Positions 36,104 to 48,136 of a stretch of DNA of 64,000 bases are shown here, in pieces (position 1 is the first letter of the stretch; every line of letters begins with the position of its first letter). Origin of the DNA: Guillardia theta CCMP2712. Its lineage: Eukaryota > Protista > Cryptophyta. The DNA is taken from positions 41,013-105,012 of the forward strand of contig NW_005434505.1 of assembly GCF_000315625.1 (NCBI RefSeq), in the 5' to 3' direction. A program made the translations under genes and the position numbers. The notes below the pieces were generated by a model, which made no database searches, was not told where the DNA came from, and worked only from the letters and a program-made list of their open reading frames with translations.

Positions 36104-36428
36104 GTGTCTGTTGATGCAGTCGCATGTAGTCTCTTTGAAGCTTCATACACTCTGGTTGTGGATGAGGCGTTTCAAACAACCGTCATTAGGCCCGGCAGGG
36201 GGTGGGGTGGGGGTCCCAATTTCCTGTTGTTAGCAGTTCGAGGGGTAGGGTGGAGAGGATAAGAAAACCGACATGTCCGCTAGGTAGAAGACATGTACAG
36301 GAATCGAAGTAGAAGCTGATTGGACGAGTTGACGTTACAGACTGCCTTGATAACAACATCACAACCATCATCTCTCGTGTCTGATTGAAGTACTTTGGAC
36401 TTTAAACTTCTTTGGATAGGCTCGAAAC

Positions 36429-39400
36429 ATGTTCAAGACACATTGCTCTGCTTTCATCTTGGCTGCCCTCCTGGGCTCCTCTAGTGCGCGCTGGACAGAC
36501 ACTTCATTGCTGACCGCCAACACCTTTCATGGACCAGATTTGAAATGGAAAGGTGACGTGACTGTAGATGGAAATACATACATCCGCAAAGTCGGGACTT
36601 CATACGTGGCAAAGTCTGTCATCACCGGGAAAGACTCTTTCTTCCCTTCTTCATTGCCCAATTCTTTGAAGAAACGATTCATATATCCTGATTCTACCCA
36701 CCCGAATCTAGCGTTTTGGTTCACTCCAGACGTTTTTGATGAGGCAGGAGTAGCTGATGGACAGTATGTTTCAGTTTGGAAGAACGTGGCTAACATCTGC
36801 TATTATGGGTAAAGCCGTGAAGTTTGTTCACAGGCCAAATTTAAAATGTTCACGCAGGCATTCAGATTCCACCAGCTGCACTCCAGACAAGATCATGAAC
36901 AAAGCACCGGTTGGACCCAACACCGCCCATGTCGAAACCCTGAAACAGCCAAATCCAGCTTATCAACCAACCTTCCATCGAAACGTCCTCCATGGTCATG
37001 GCAAGTGTTTGTGATTGTGAAGATGAAGGCGTTGTTCATGTAACATTGTGCTCAGGTGCTTTGAGGTTCGCAAGAAGTGATCGCCTTGGATTTCAAGGCA
37101 GCTTCATGGATATGTATAAGACATGCACGACAGTAGAATGTACGACGGCAGACACTGGACTTGGCTTCGTTACAGACTGGACAAACTCGCAATCATCAGC
37201 CCTCAATACAGAATTTACCATTTTCCTGGTTCTTAAAACGTTTCAAGACAGTTTGGATGTCAATCCAATGGGACTTCTGAATGTTGGAGATGAACAAAAT
37301 CAAAACGGGTTCGGACTGTATAAAACAGATTACAAATGTCTCCCTGAATTCCGTGGGAAAATTTTAAATGGTTTATCACTATCAAATAATCTCGTCAGCC
37401 TTGTTTCCATGTACTCTCCAAGTCCTGATATAGGCAAATACAACGGAAGACGCCTTCTGATATATGACACACAGACGCAAGATTCGATTCCAATGAAGAA
37501 AGTCGTCTTGAATTGCAAGATTTCAAGCTATAGGATTGCACTTATCCTCAATCAGGATATCTCAGGGACAATTACGAGCGTCTTAGTGACCGGTGGTAAC
37601 GGTGTCATTGCTGGAATCCCACAGAATCTAACTATTTATGCCTCTGTTGGATTGACCGATGGCTCTAAGGCCTCGCTCAACGTAACGAGCATTGCAGCTT
37701 CTAGCGGCAACACATTGCTCCAAATCGAGAGTGTGACGCTACCAGCCAGTGCAACTGCAGGGTCCAACATCTTCATCGGAGTCAGCCCGGGTGAATTTTA
37801 CACCGCTGCCTTGGAGGACTGTCTCGGATCCACAACAACAACCGGAGTAGCAAATCCGATATTTCTCTCAAGCGCTTCTTATGATGTTGAAATAGTCAGA
37901 ACCTCGAATTCAAAATGTCCTCAAGGAAAGTTCGAGCAATTCAGCACGATTTCGGCATACTATGGAAGCAGGTAACGCATGGATGAAACCCAAACAAGGT
38001 TGTTTTGCTGATTACTATGGCAGTGCTGATGATCAAGGAGACAACGGTTGTTTCAGTGAGTGCTCTAGGTTTGGATGTGACGCAAGATTCTCGTATTTCG
38101 GAACTTTGAGTTGGGAATTACAAAGCGGGATAAATTCATCAGAGACAAGTCTGACCATCCAGAGCAACTCCTACGACTTGCTCACCATCTCGCTGCAAGA
38201 TCAAATTTTTGTCGACGATTATCTGCAACTTGAACAGGAAATTGTTCAAGTCACGTCCGTCTCTGCCGGATCAGTTACCGTCACTAGGGGCCAACTCCAA
38301 ACAACTGCAGCTGACCATGCAATCAATACTGTTCTATTGCCTGTGAGCAAACCGAACACTTGCGTGAAGAAGTGGGGGTCTCAGAGGGTTTTACAAGACC
38401 CTGACAGACAATGGAGAATAGTAACAATAAGAGTGCAGGGTAATGAGTCGAAGGTGTACATAGACGGGCTTCATGATGGCTGCTCAAACGCCGATGGGTG
38501 CTCTCTCCAACCTCCAGTCTCTATCCTTAGCACTGCTTCTGTGCTTTCAAGCTTGAGACTTGGCACTATCGGCGTCAATTCTGCTGATGGAATTGTCAGA
38601 TCAAGCTTCTCAAATGTGGACATCGCTGAAGTTCTGATTTATGACAAAGCTCTTTCAATGCAAGAGATGGATAGAGTTGGATATTACCTTTCTGTCAAGT
38701 TTGGAATCAAAAGCTTTCGAGTCAACAAGTTCATTAGATCTCCGACGCGCACGGGAGCTGTTTTGTTTGAACACGGTGAAGAATGCGATCAAGTGCTCTA
38801 CAATGGTCATACCTCTCAGTTCTGCGATGGATTTTCAGATCCGAATGGATTACACGTCGCATCAAACTGTGTCATTGACGGCGAGTACCTCACACTCTCC
38901 AAGTACAAGGCAGATGCAGACACAGACAACTATTATGTCGGCATGCGCCTGGTAGTAACTGCTGGAAACAGGAATTCAGATGGATCAATTCAAAGCGCGG
39001 TAGGCGAAAGTTGCATCATCACAGGATATGATGCCAAACTCAGAAAGGTCGCATGCGATTTGACGGATTCTGGCAACTATGGGTACTTGCTGTGGGGCGG
39101 TGCTGCGTTTCCATGCGTCAATTCAGGACCTCACCCAACTCTTGGAGGGCAATGCGGAGCTCAATACGTGCAGACCGACGCCATTCTAGCATCAGACACC
39201 TCAGTCACAGTCACTTGGGCCCCCAAGAAGTTTCAAACTCCAATCTATGCCACTCTAGGAAACTCGCAGGCTCTTGAAGTGATACTGATCAACTCGATCT
39301 CAGTTAGTGACATCTCCTATCAGCTGTCTATCACTCGCGGCATGGGTCCAACTCTTGCTCAAAATTTCTCTTGGAACGTCCTGAAAGAGATGCAATCAGC

Positions 39401-41147
39401 GTCGCGAATAGTCTATGCACGTTCATTCCTCGTTCGAAATGTGTCTGCGGGGAGTCAGACTCTTTATGTTGCTACGGTGATGGACAAGTGCCCAGAAAGG
39501 ATTGCAGACCCGCTGTGTCCCCTGGCGAACGATCATATTGGTTACCTCAGTGCCAACCTCGCCAACCTCCTGGTCAAGTTGAGTCATTCCACCTCAAACT
39601 CGTCTTTCTATGTCACCTCCATCAAATTTGCGCAGTGGACTTTGCAACAAGCAGTGGATAGCGCAACCATGGAGTTCAAAGTTAGCGTGCCCACACAAAA
39701 TGAAATCCAGCCGAACGATTACCTTCAGATAGACGGAGAATATGTTCAAGTCACGGCAGTCTCATGGTCCTCACAGTCAACAAACCTGACAGTTGTGAGG
39801 TCACAGATGGGTAGCTCAGCAACCGCCCATCAAGCCTCGAGTACTTTGACTTTGGTCCTGGTTGACAAGAGACCGGTTCTTGTCTTGACTTGTTCTGCTG
39901 CGTCCACGACAGACATGGACGCTTCATCGGGGTATTTGGTTGATTTTGCATGGATGCCTCAAAGTTCCTTTGTGCCAAACGACAAGTACCTGCAAAACGT
40001 GGGCAAATCTGAATATTCCATTGAAATCTGTGACAAGTACAATGCTCCATTTAGTCAGGACGCTCCATTTCAAGTATTGCAAGATGAAAATCTCAACAGA
40101 CACTCTGTTCGCGGGGCTGACTCTGCCATTACCACTGAAGGGTTCACACACCTCGGGTATGTCTCAAGCGTGGGTGTTGTGCAGAAGCAGAATTACTTGT
40201 CTTCGATCTCGGGGGCTGCGAACACATCCTTGTTTGAGATCAAGGGATGGTACCTGACGCCCTCAGACCTCGACATCACTGGCGGCGACTCCAACTCCTA
40301 CATCAACGGGCCCAAGGCGGAGAGAAACTCCAACTACCTGCATGTCAGCCTGGGATCGCATGGGTCCGATGCGGTGAGCCTCAACTGCCACATCGTTAGC
40401 GTCCCCGAGGGCTTTTGCGAGAAGGACTACAGCATCCCATGCAGCTGTCACATGACTGCCAACTGTTCGTCAGAGTGCTCGACCGGCTACTGCCTGACCG
40501 GGCCCTCGTCTGGCCTGGATCACTCCTGGTATGGGGTGAAGAAGCCGTCCATCTTGTGCGATCTCACCGAAGATGCTCATGCGCACCAGACCCTCAACAT
40601 CTACTGGCACGGAGTCGTGACATCGCTATCCAACTGGTACAGGACGCCGACTCCGGTCGTGACGTCCTTGAGCCCTCCAATGGCTCCTTACTATGGTGGA
40701 ATCTCCATCACAATCCGGGGGATGTTCTTCGGAGGAGCAGCGACGTGGCGAGGACGGGCGAGGACAAAGTCTCCGAGCGTGATGATCATCGGCAAGAGCA
40801 TGATACGCAAGTGTGACAATGTCGAGTATATTTCTTCTGGCCAGCTTGTTTGTACTCTGCCAGCTCTTGCTCTCAGCAAGCAAATGTACGATCCTGTCAC
40901 GAGAACTATTGTTGTGAACGTTTTAGTGGATACTGGAGAGAAGAGGAGCCATCAAGACCAGCACTCGAAGTTCATCTACACATCCATTCCTGCTTTTTTC
41001 AGCTGCGACAACATAATGGTTGCTCAGAACGACTGCTACAATTGCTGTCGCAGGTCATGTTTTACTGATGTGAGGACTCAAACGATAGATCCTGCGTCAA
41101 TCGATGCTGTATGTACATCAAATTGCACCGCTTATTGTCACATGTGA
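36429..41147 (+). CDS. Large secreted protein with LamG/concanavalin-like, repeated beta-rich modules, IPT/TIG domain and Cys-rich C-terminus
   Basis: Signal peptide MFKTHCSAFILAALLGSSSA. LAFWFTPD...VSVWKN and DIAEVLIYDKALS...YLSVKFGI are LamG-like. PVVTSLSPPMAPYYGGISITIRG is TIG-like. Three long ORFs joined by short introns. Confidence 0.8.
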
Positions 41148-41225
41148 GGAAAAGATATTTTGTTGAGGAAATATGCGGTTTGTTTGGAATATGATTAAAC
41201 TTGTTAATCTAACATCGATGTGACA

Positions 41226-42436
41226 TCACTTCTTCTTTTTCCCAGCTGCTTTTCCCTTCTTTCCCTTCTTCTTCTTCGGATTCTTGAGGTCAGACACACA
41301 CTCTCGAGCGAGATGCATGCGGATGTTGCATTGCAGAAGGGTTGCAGCACGAAACTCTCTTTCCGCCGCCGCAACTCGCATGGCCTCAAGTTCTTTCATT
41401 CTCCTCTCTTCGTCTTCCTTGGCTTGTCTTGCAGCGATGTCTTGGTTGTATCGCTTCTCCAGCTCGTACAATCTCAATAGATCAGATTCACGTTCTTCTT
41501 TCAAGTTCTCCAGCTCCTTTGTCTTGAAAGCCAAGTCCGCCTCGAACTTGTGATCCCATGCCTCAGATTTCTCGGACATGGCAACTAACTTCCTTCTCTG
41601 AAATTCCTGTTGAAGCTCGTTGGCTTGTTTTTCTATGTCGATTTCTTTCTCGATCTGTTCAATCCGATCTTGCAATTCTTTCATCTCTTTTTCTCGTTCT
41701 CGCTGTGTGCAGTGGTAATTCGCTTTAAACTCCTTTGCAAGATATCGAAGCTCGATCGCAGTCTCCGATTTCTTCGCTTGCAATGTTTCTTTCAACTCCG
41801 CAATCAACTCGTTCTTGCTCAAAACCTCTCTCTCAAAGTTGCTTCGTTCTTCGTTGAGCTCTTGTTTCAACCTGGCCACAGACTCGCTCAGCTCTTTCTC
41901 ACGCGCCAGAACTACTTTCATGTGCTCCATCATCCGCTGGCCTTTCTCAACAACTTCCGCCAAAGAGTTGAAACTTGCAAATTGCATTTCATGTGCTGGG
42001 TTGACAAGTAGAGTCTCAAGCGCTCCACGTTCAGCTCGAATCTTTTGCATATTCCCTTCTAAGTTTGGGTTGTCTTGCAAATTTCTTGTCAAAACTTTGG
42101 TGCTCTGCCTCAGAGACTGAGCGACTTGCTGGATCTCATTTTCATTCGCCTGATACTTCATTCTGTTTGAAATGCCTTTCATATTCCTCCTCTCTTGAAT
42201 GAGCTCTTCGTATCTCCTCTCCAAGGACCTCTGATCCTGCATAATCCTTGAAATCTCTTCTCCCAGCATACTTCCCAGCTCCTCATTATGGAAATCTGAA
42301 GTCAGAGATGCAAGGATTCCTAGTTTTTCAACCTGGCCAGCACGAGTCAAGCACATCAGATCAGGATTGACTGAGGTACCGCTGTTTCAATTGTGGCCGT
42401 AATCCGCTGACACTCGACCAGAGTGAAAGAATCCAT
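41226..42436 (-). CDS. DRC9: Dynein regulatory complex subunit 9 (IQCG-like)
   Basis: Long coiled coil, LTRNLQDNPNLEGNMQKIRAER, C-terminal IQ motif AATLLQCNIRMHLAR and a KKKKGKKGK tail. First exon MDSFTLVECQRITATIETA. Confidence 0.8.
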
Positions 42437-42937
42437 CCTGCTGCATGAAGTTACAAGAGCATCAAGAGATTTCCTCCAAGCTGAGAGCAGCTTGCATAAT
42501 TAACATCAAACATGACTCCTTTCGGCGTTGAATTCTTCGCCTCTAACTTCAGGCTGACTTTGCGCTCTTGCTACTTTGTTGCCCTCCACTGTGTGCCTAT
42601 CACAACATCGCGTTCTCGTCTTCCTCTCTTGTCTCTCCTCGGCTTGTTAGCACTGAGCTCGCACTAAGAGTCATGCAGCTGCCATGATGGCACTGCCTGC
42701 AAACGTGCGGGGGCTTGCCCATCATGCTGCTGCCTGGCCAACGGCCGTCCGATCAGATCGTGGGCCTCCTGATTGTCCTCGTACTGATTTTTAACTTAAC
42801 TTTGAGTAAAGTCGGACCGAGTAGGCCCTCCGACAGTAGTCAGGTTGTCCTCGTACTGATTTTTAACTTAACTTTGTACCGTACTAGCCTCTTGTCGCCT
42901 GAAAGCCTACTTAAGTTAAAAACATGAAAGTCGAGCG

Positions 42938-43716
42938 ATGTCGCTGTGGCCGCCGCCGAAGGCATGAAACGCATATTTCAAGTTTCATGATTTGGAAGCT
43001 GATATACGGGGTACTTCACCTGAAATACATCCTGGACCTCATCGATCTTGACAGTTTCACACTGCATTGAATATACAGATTGCAGGCACATGTGCTCGGA
43101 TATCAAATTTGAGTCAACGCTCTTCAGCAGACTCCGATCATACAGACGGTCTTTCTGTTCAAAGTCTCGAGGTGCATGCTGCGTTTGTCTTGTTACTTGC
43201 CCGGCACTGCATCATGTGCTCGCAGACCATCGGCAAAGCTGCGTGTGTTGTGTTACGATCATGATACGGAGACGGTGGTCGACATTGCAAGCTTGCAGCC
43301 TTTTCAAGAGGGTACAACTGTACAAGCCTGACGGAGATAAGCTGCACGGGGAGAGCGAAGAGGTGATTGAAATGGGATGTCAGAGAAGAGAAGGGAAGAG
43401 AAAAACGACGAGAATTCTCGTGACGACGAGAATGTATTCAAAAGAAGGCATAATTGACCTTTCTAATGCAAACAAGGACGAGTTCACGGAGGGTCATGTC
43501 AGACTTGCTTGTGAGGTTCAAACATGTTTAAGTTTCCTCACTTGTCAGTCTCTGATATGTACAAACGCTCGCAGTTCACACCCGCGTCGAGCTCAGACGA
43601 TGTTGAGATCGACAGCAAGCAGGAGAACAATCATAGTTTGCAGTTGTTGGAGGACAGGATCGAGAACAGAGAGTGAGTTCAGCCCTGTGGTTGTGTGTGC
43701 AGGTTTGAAACATTCA
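42938..43716 (+). CDS. Small hypothetical multi-exon protein
   Basis: Protein-like exons (RVQLYKPDGDKLHGESEE, YSKEGIIDLSNANKDEF) with short introns. Confidence 0.35.
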
Positions 43717-43916
43717 CAGTAGGTGTGTCCGGTGCGCTACTGTCGGTATTTTTCCTGGTACAAATTTCACCGACAGTTCGTTAAATTTCAGTACAACCGT
43801 TCTCAACGGTAAACGTACAGACAACAGTACCCTACCGCCGACAGTTCTTACTATTTGTCAAATCCAATACGGCCAGAATAACGTCACCGACAGTAGCGTA
43901 CCGGACACACCTACTG
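43717..43916. mobile_element. 200-bp MITE with 31-bp terminal inverted repeats
   Basis: CAGTAGGTGTGTCCGGTGCGCTACTGTCGGT and ACCGACAGTAGCGTACCGGACACACCTACTG (30/31 match). Internal CCGACAGT repeats. No clear TSD. Confidence 0.88.
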
Positions 43917-44179
43917 GAGAGGCCAAACGCGAGACCCGATTTGCATGGAAAACATCTGGAAATGATTTCATGACGAAATTTTCATGTGAAAATTAATTAT
44001 TGTTTTTAACGACTTATAATTATTTTCTAAAAGTCACACTGTGAACTGGGTGCGTGTCACAGGATCTCAAGATTCAATTGGTACAATTTCATCTCATTGA
44101 AAACGAACTATAATAATAATAATAACAAACCAATATCAGGAAAGATTTCGCTTTTGCGCTCGACCCAGCTGTTTTGTGT

Positions 44180-46144
44180 ATGAACGCGGAGATGTCGTAC
44201 AGTTCCAAGCTGTCCAGCTCTCTTGTGCTCTTCTTTCTCATCAAAAGCTCAGTGCAAGGTGATCGCATTTGTGGCAAGGACAAGATTCTCAACCAAGCGA
44301 TGTGTACGAGCTGTTGCGACATGCAACATCTCCCCTGCTCGACAGACAAGCAGTACTCGACTTGTTGCGTTGACTCAAACTGTACGGCATCAACACGCAG
44401 CGGAGCCAGTTGTACAATTTCAAGCCCATGCTATTTTGCGATGCTCGACTACTGCTGCACACCATGCCCCCCGGGGAATTTTTCAACCGACACCGCTCAA
44501 GGATCAGGTTGTTTCCCTTGCTCGCAAGATCAGATAGTCACCGATACTGGTTGCATCCAACGGAATACCTCGAATAAAAAAGATCCGGCGCGTGAAAATC
44601 ATCCCCAGAAGCCCTGGTTCATGAAGAGTGGCCTATCTTCTATCGCCTTCATCGTCATTCTCTCGCTCCATTTCTTTGTAGTCTTCATCACTGTCGTCTT
44701 GCAGAACTGCACTGTCGATCAACAAGATACCCGTTTTGTCGGCAAGTGCTTGCTCCCGGTGCTATGGTTCGTGTATGATATTTCGTTCATGAGCGCAAGG
44801 TTCAACTGGTTCTTGACATCCTCGGAAGCTAGGGAAATGATGACATACAGTGTCAATGGCAACCCTGACAATCTCATATGGCTGTCCAAAGATGACATTA
44901 AATACCAAACTTGTGCCCCCCCCAGCTCGCTCAGCTACATCGGGCAGAATGCAACTTTGTGCAAGTTTAGCGTGTTTGAATTCACGACCAATATTCTTGG
45001 GCAAGAGAGCAAATACGAGAACAACTCGTCCAAGTTTAGTGTTGGCCTAGGACTCATCATTTGGTCCTGCATTTCCATTTACATGATGATGAAGCAAGCG
45101 GACCTTGAGAGTGAGTGGAAAGAAGATGTTGAATGTGAGGAGGAGAAGGAGAAGGAGAAGGAGGAGGAGGAGGAGGAGGAGGAGGAGGAGGAGGAGGAGG
45201 AGGAGGAGGAGGAGGAGGCCCACAGCGCTAGTGATGTCGTCCCTGGAGTCAGTGCTACGGAGCAGCCAAGAGCAGTGACAGCGATTGCAGTCAGCAGCCC
45301 CTTCGAGACTAATCAGAAAGGATGCCACCAGACAAAGTGGGAATGGCTAAAGCGCAGAGCTCTCGGGGTTGTGATCTCATCGCTTCTGGCGAGCCAGCAG
45401 TCGCTTGTCTTGCTTCCTCTGACCTCGATGGAGATCACACCGCACTGCTATGAGCTACAGAGCGATCTCCCGGTCACCTCAAGGCAGGCAGCGTGCTGGC
45501 ACAAGTGGTCTACCGCAGGGATACCTTACGGAGTTCCTGCTATCGCGGTTGGCTTCTTGCTCACCTTGATATGTTACCCGGACTCGGACAAGGAGGAGGC
45601 TGGTTGCTGCATATCCTTGATCACGGGGCTCCTGTTCTTGACCGGAGTTGTTTTGTTCCTCACCGGAGTCGGGCTCTTCTTGTTTTGGCTCTTTGGTGGC
45701 ATCATCATCGGGGCTTGGTTTACCTACACCTCAACGAAGATTCTTCTTGACCTGGCTTTCACAAAGATCTTTGCTCCCGTCCTCATTCTTATTTCTAGTG
45801 ACTTCGTCTTGCAATACGCCGTTGTACCGACTCGCTGCACATGGTTTCGAGTTCCTCGAGGGATCGTCAGTATGAAGATGAACCTCTTCCATGTCAAAGC
45901 TCGAGTGGACGGCCGGGTTTCCTCCGCCTTCCGAGAGCTGGCAAAGAGGTACCTGCCCTGCTGCTCGTGCGACTTCCAACCTCAGCAGCAAGGGAATGGC
46001 CCTTCCGAGTCCAGCCTTACGAACCAACCGTCTGATGAGGCGATCAGAAACGTCGTGGATACGATGGAGAAAGCCCTGGAAGTGCAAGACAAACGAAGCA
46101 AAAAATCGCGGCGCAGGGAGAACTTGCATCCTTATGACGTGTAG
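44180..46144 (+). CDS. Multi-pass membrane protein with signal peptide, Cys-rich (TNFR/GCC-like) ectodomain and poly-Glu loop
   Basis: 656-aa intronless ORF with CTPCPPGNFS...CFPC, several hydrophobic helices and (GAG)n at about 45138-45217. Confidence 0.8.
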   Translation: MNAEMSYSSKLSSSLVLFFLIKSSVQGDRICGKDKILNQAMCTSCCDMQHLPCSTDKQYSTCCVDSNCTASTRSGASCTISSPCYFAMLDYCCTPCPPGNFSTDTAQGSGCFPCSQDQIVTDTGCIQRNTSNKKDPARENHPQKPWFMKSGLSSIAFIVILSLHFFVVFITVVLQNCTVDQQDTRFVGKCLLPVLWFVYDISFMSARFNWFLTSSEAREMMTYSVNGNPDNLIWLSKDDIKYQTCAPPSSLSYIGQNATLCKFSVFEFTTNILGQESKYENNSSKFSVGLGLIIWSCISIYMMMKQADLESEWKEDVECEEEKEKEKEEEEEEEEEEEEEEEEEEEAHSASDVVPGVSATEQPRAVTAIAVSSPFETNQKGCHQTKWEWLKRRALGVVISSLLASQQSLVLLPLTSMEITPHCYELQSDLPVTSRQAACWHKWSTAGIPYGVPAIAVGFLLTLICYPDSDKEEAGCCISLITGLLFLTGVVLFLTGVGLFLFWLFGGIIIGAWFTYTSTKILLDLAFTKIFAPVLILISSDFVLQYAVVPTRCTWFRVPRGIVSMKMNLFHVKARVDGRVSSAFRELAKRYLPCCSCDFQPQQQGNGPSESSLTNQPSDEAIRNVVDTMEKALEVQDKRSKKSRRRENLHPYDV

Positions 46145-46279
46145 CCTTCACATTGAACGGTGTTTTCGGACATGTCACAGTGCTGAGTGCTTGCTATAAG
46201 CCTGAATTCATTCCTGAGATGTTAACTAAAGTATAGTATAACCCGACCGGCGGCGACCGGGCCCGAACCGGGCCACTCG

Positions 46280-46605
46280 CCTCCCCAGCCTCTCCCGGAC
46301 TTCTATGAAGTGGAGCGCCTACTCGCTGATCGAACGCAGCGCGGACGCAAGGAGTATCTCGTTCGCTGGAAAGGTTTCTCCTCTGCTGATGACACATGGG
46401 AACCAGTGGAACATCTCGTTCGCACTCGAGCGCTTCGCAACTTGGTTCAACGCTACGACAGGGCCAAACAGCGTGAGCGACGTCCGGTACCTTCCTCTGC
46501 TCAGGGACGGCGTTCACGCCGCCTTTGACCGCTCTTTGACTTTGGTCTAGGTGCGAGTTTGCGGGAGCGTATCAGAGCAAAGAAAGCGAAGTTTTCTGAG
46601 TCCTG
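46280..46605 (+). CDS. Chromodomain-coding segment (5' part missing or unresolved)
   Basis: PPQPLPDFYEVERLLADRTQRGRKEYLVRWKGFSSADDTWEPVEHL is a canonical chromodomain. Possible intron 46473-46550. Confidence 0.75.
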
Positions 46606-47540
46606 AGCACTCCAAGAAAGCGCAGAAAGAGCGTATCAGAGCTCATAGGATAGCGAGCCCAACACAGGAGCGGTCAACACTCGAAATGTGGACAGCACAC
46701 AAGGATAGCCTCTACAACTATCCAGACGAAAGACAGTGATTCTCTAACGGCTACTTTGGTTCAGAAGTCGGACCCCTCCGGGACGGCTTCCCTATAGTAT
46801 CAAGCACCGGTGGAGCTCTCCTTTCTGGTAGAAACAAGAACAGGAGCAGGGCATGGACCAAAGGGGCCATAGCGACGGCACGAGGCAGGAAGACTCGTGC
46901 AAGCGAGGACCACTACCCCTGGGACTTCCACAGGGCTATAAAAGGATCAAGATCTTCATCTCTAGGTGGTCTGTCTTCCCTCCCTCTGTGTACCACGCAT
47001 TTCCCTGTGTTGGTGTGGTTGCTGCAATAAAGCTTGATAATACTGTCTAGCACCTTCTGTGTGATCCAGCGGAGGTTCTTTGAGCATTCGCTTGGCTAGT
47101 GTGCAACCCGTAAAGCTTCGGGGTGTAACATAAATTGCAGCCACGGCCACAGCGGCTCAACTTGAAGGCTTGGCAAGGCCCGGCAGCGCCCTGTCCTTAG
47201 TCGCGGCCACTGGCATCATCAAGTCGCGGCCCCGCGGTGAAACCGGGCGGGGCGGCCGCCATCGATGGCGGCATGAGTACCGTACAGTCACAGCGGGCCT
47301 TGCCGCCAGCCACCGGCATGACTGGCACTGCGCCGCCGCGTGTGCCGGACGGTGGGTGGCCCCGGCGGGCCGCGCCGGCGGCGGCGGGCCGCGGCGGCGG
47401 TGACTCACCCCGGTTCCTTCCTCGTCTCAGGCGGGCCCAGTGGAGTGGCGGCAGGGCGCGTCCATGCCAAGTGGAGCGAAGAAACTTCGGAGGCACAAGC
47501 AGTCGGAGGCACAAGCAGTCGAAGCTGAAGGCTGACACAA

Positions 47541-48136
47541 GCTAAGACTGAGTGAGCATACCAGCTAAGACTGAGTGAGCATACCAGCTAAGACTGAGTG
47601 AGCATACCAGCTAAGACTGAGTGAGCATACCAGCTAAGACTGAGTGAGCATACCAGCTAAGACTGAGTGAGCATACCAGCTAAGACTGAGTGAGCATACC
47701 AGCTAAGACTGAGTGAGCATACCAGCTAAGACTGAGTGAGCATGCCAGCTAAGACTGAGTGAGCATACCAGCTAAGACTGAGTGAGCATACCAGCTAAGA
47801 CTGAGTGAGCATGCCAGCTAAGACTGAGTGAGCATACCAGCTAAGACTGAGTGAGCATACCAGCTAAGACTGAGTGAGCATACCAGCTAAGACTGAGTGA
47901 GCATGCCAGCTAAGACTGAGTGAGCATACCAGCTAAGACTGAGTGAGCATACCAGCTAAGACTGAGTGAGCATACCAGCTAAGACTGAGTGAGCATACCA
48001 GCTAAGACTGAGTGAGCATACCAGCTAAGACTGAGTGAGCATGCCAGCTAAGACTGAGTGAGCATACCAGCTAAGACTGAGTGAGCATACCAGCTAAGAC
48101 TGAGTGAGCATACCAGCTAAGACTGAGTGAGCATAT
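47541..48136. repeat. 23-bp tandem repeat GCTAAGACTGAGTGAGCATACCA, about 26 copies
   Basis: Direct reading; occasional CATGCCA variant units. Confidence 0.97.

Noticed and set aside
46240-47150. Complete LTR retrotransposon
   Set aside because: No gag, RT or integrase core, and no paired LTRs in the window.
47541-48136. CRISPR-like array (also considered for 10698, 35851 and 62787)
   Set aside because: The units are head-to-tail with no unique spacers, no cas genes are present, and the context is eukaryotic.
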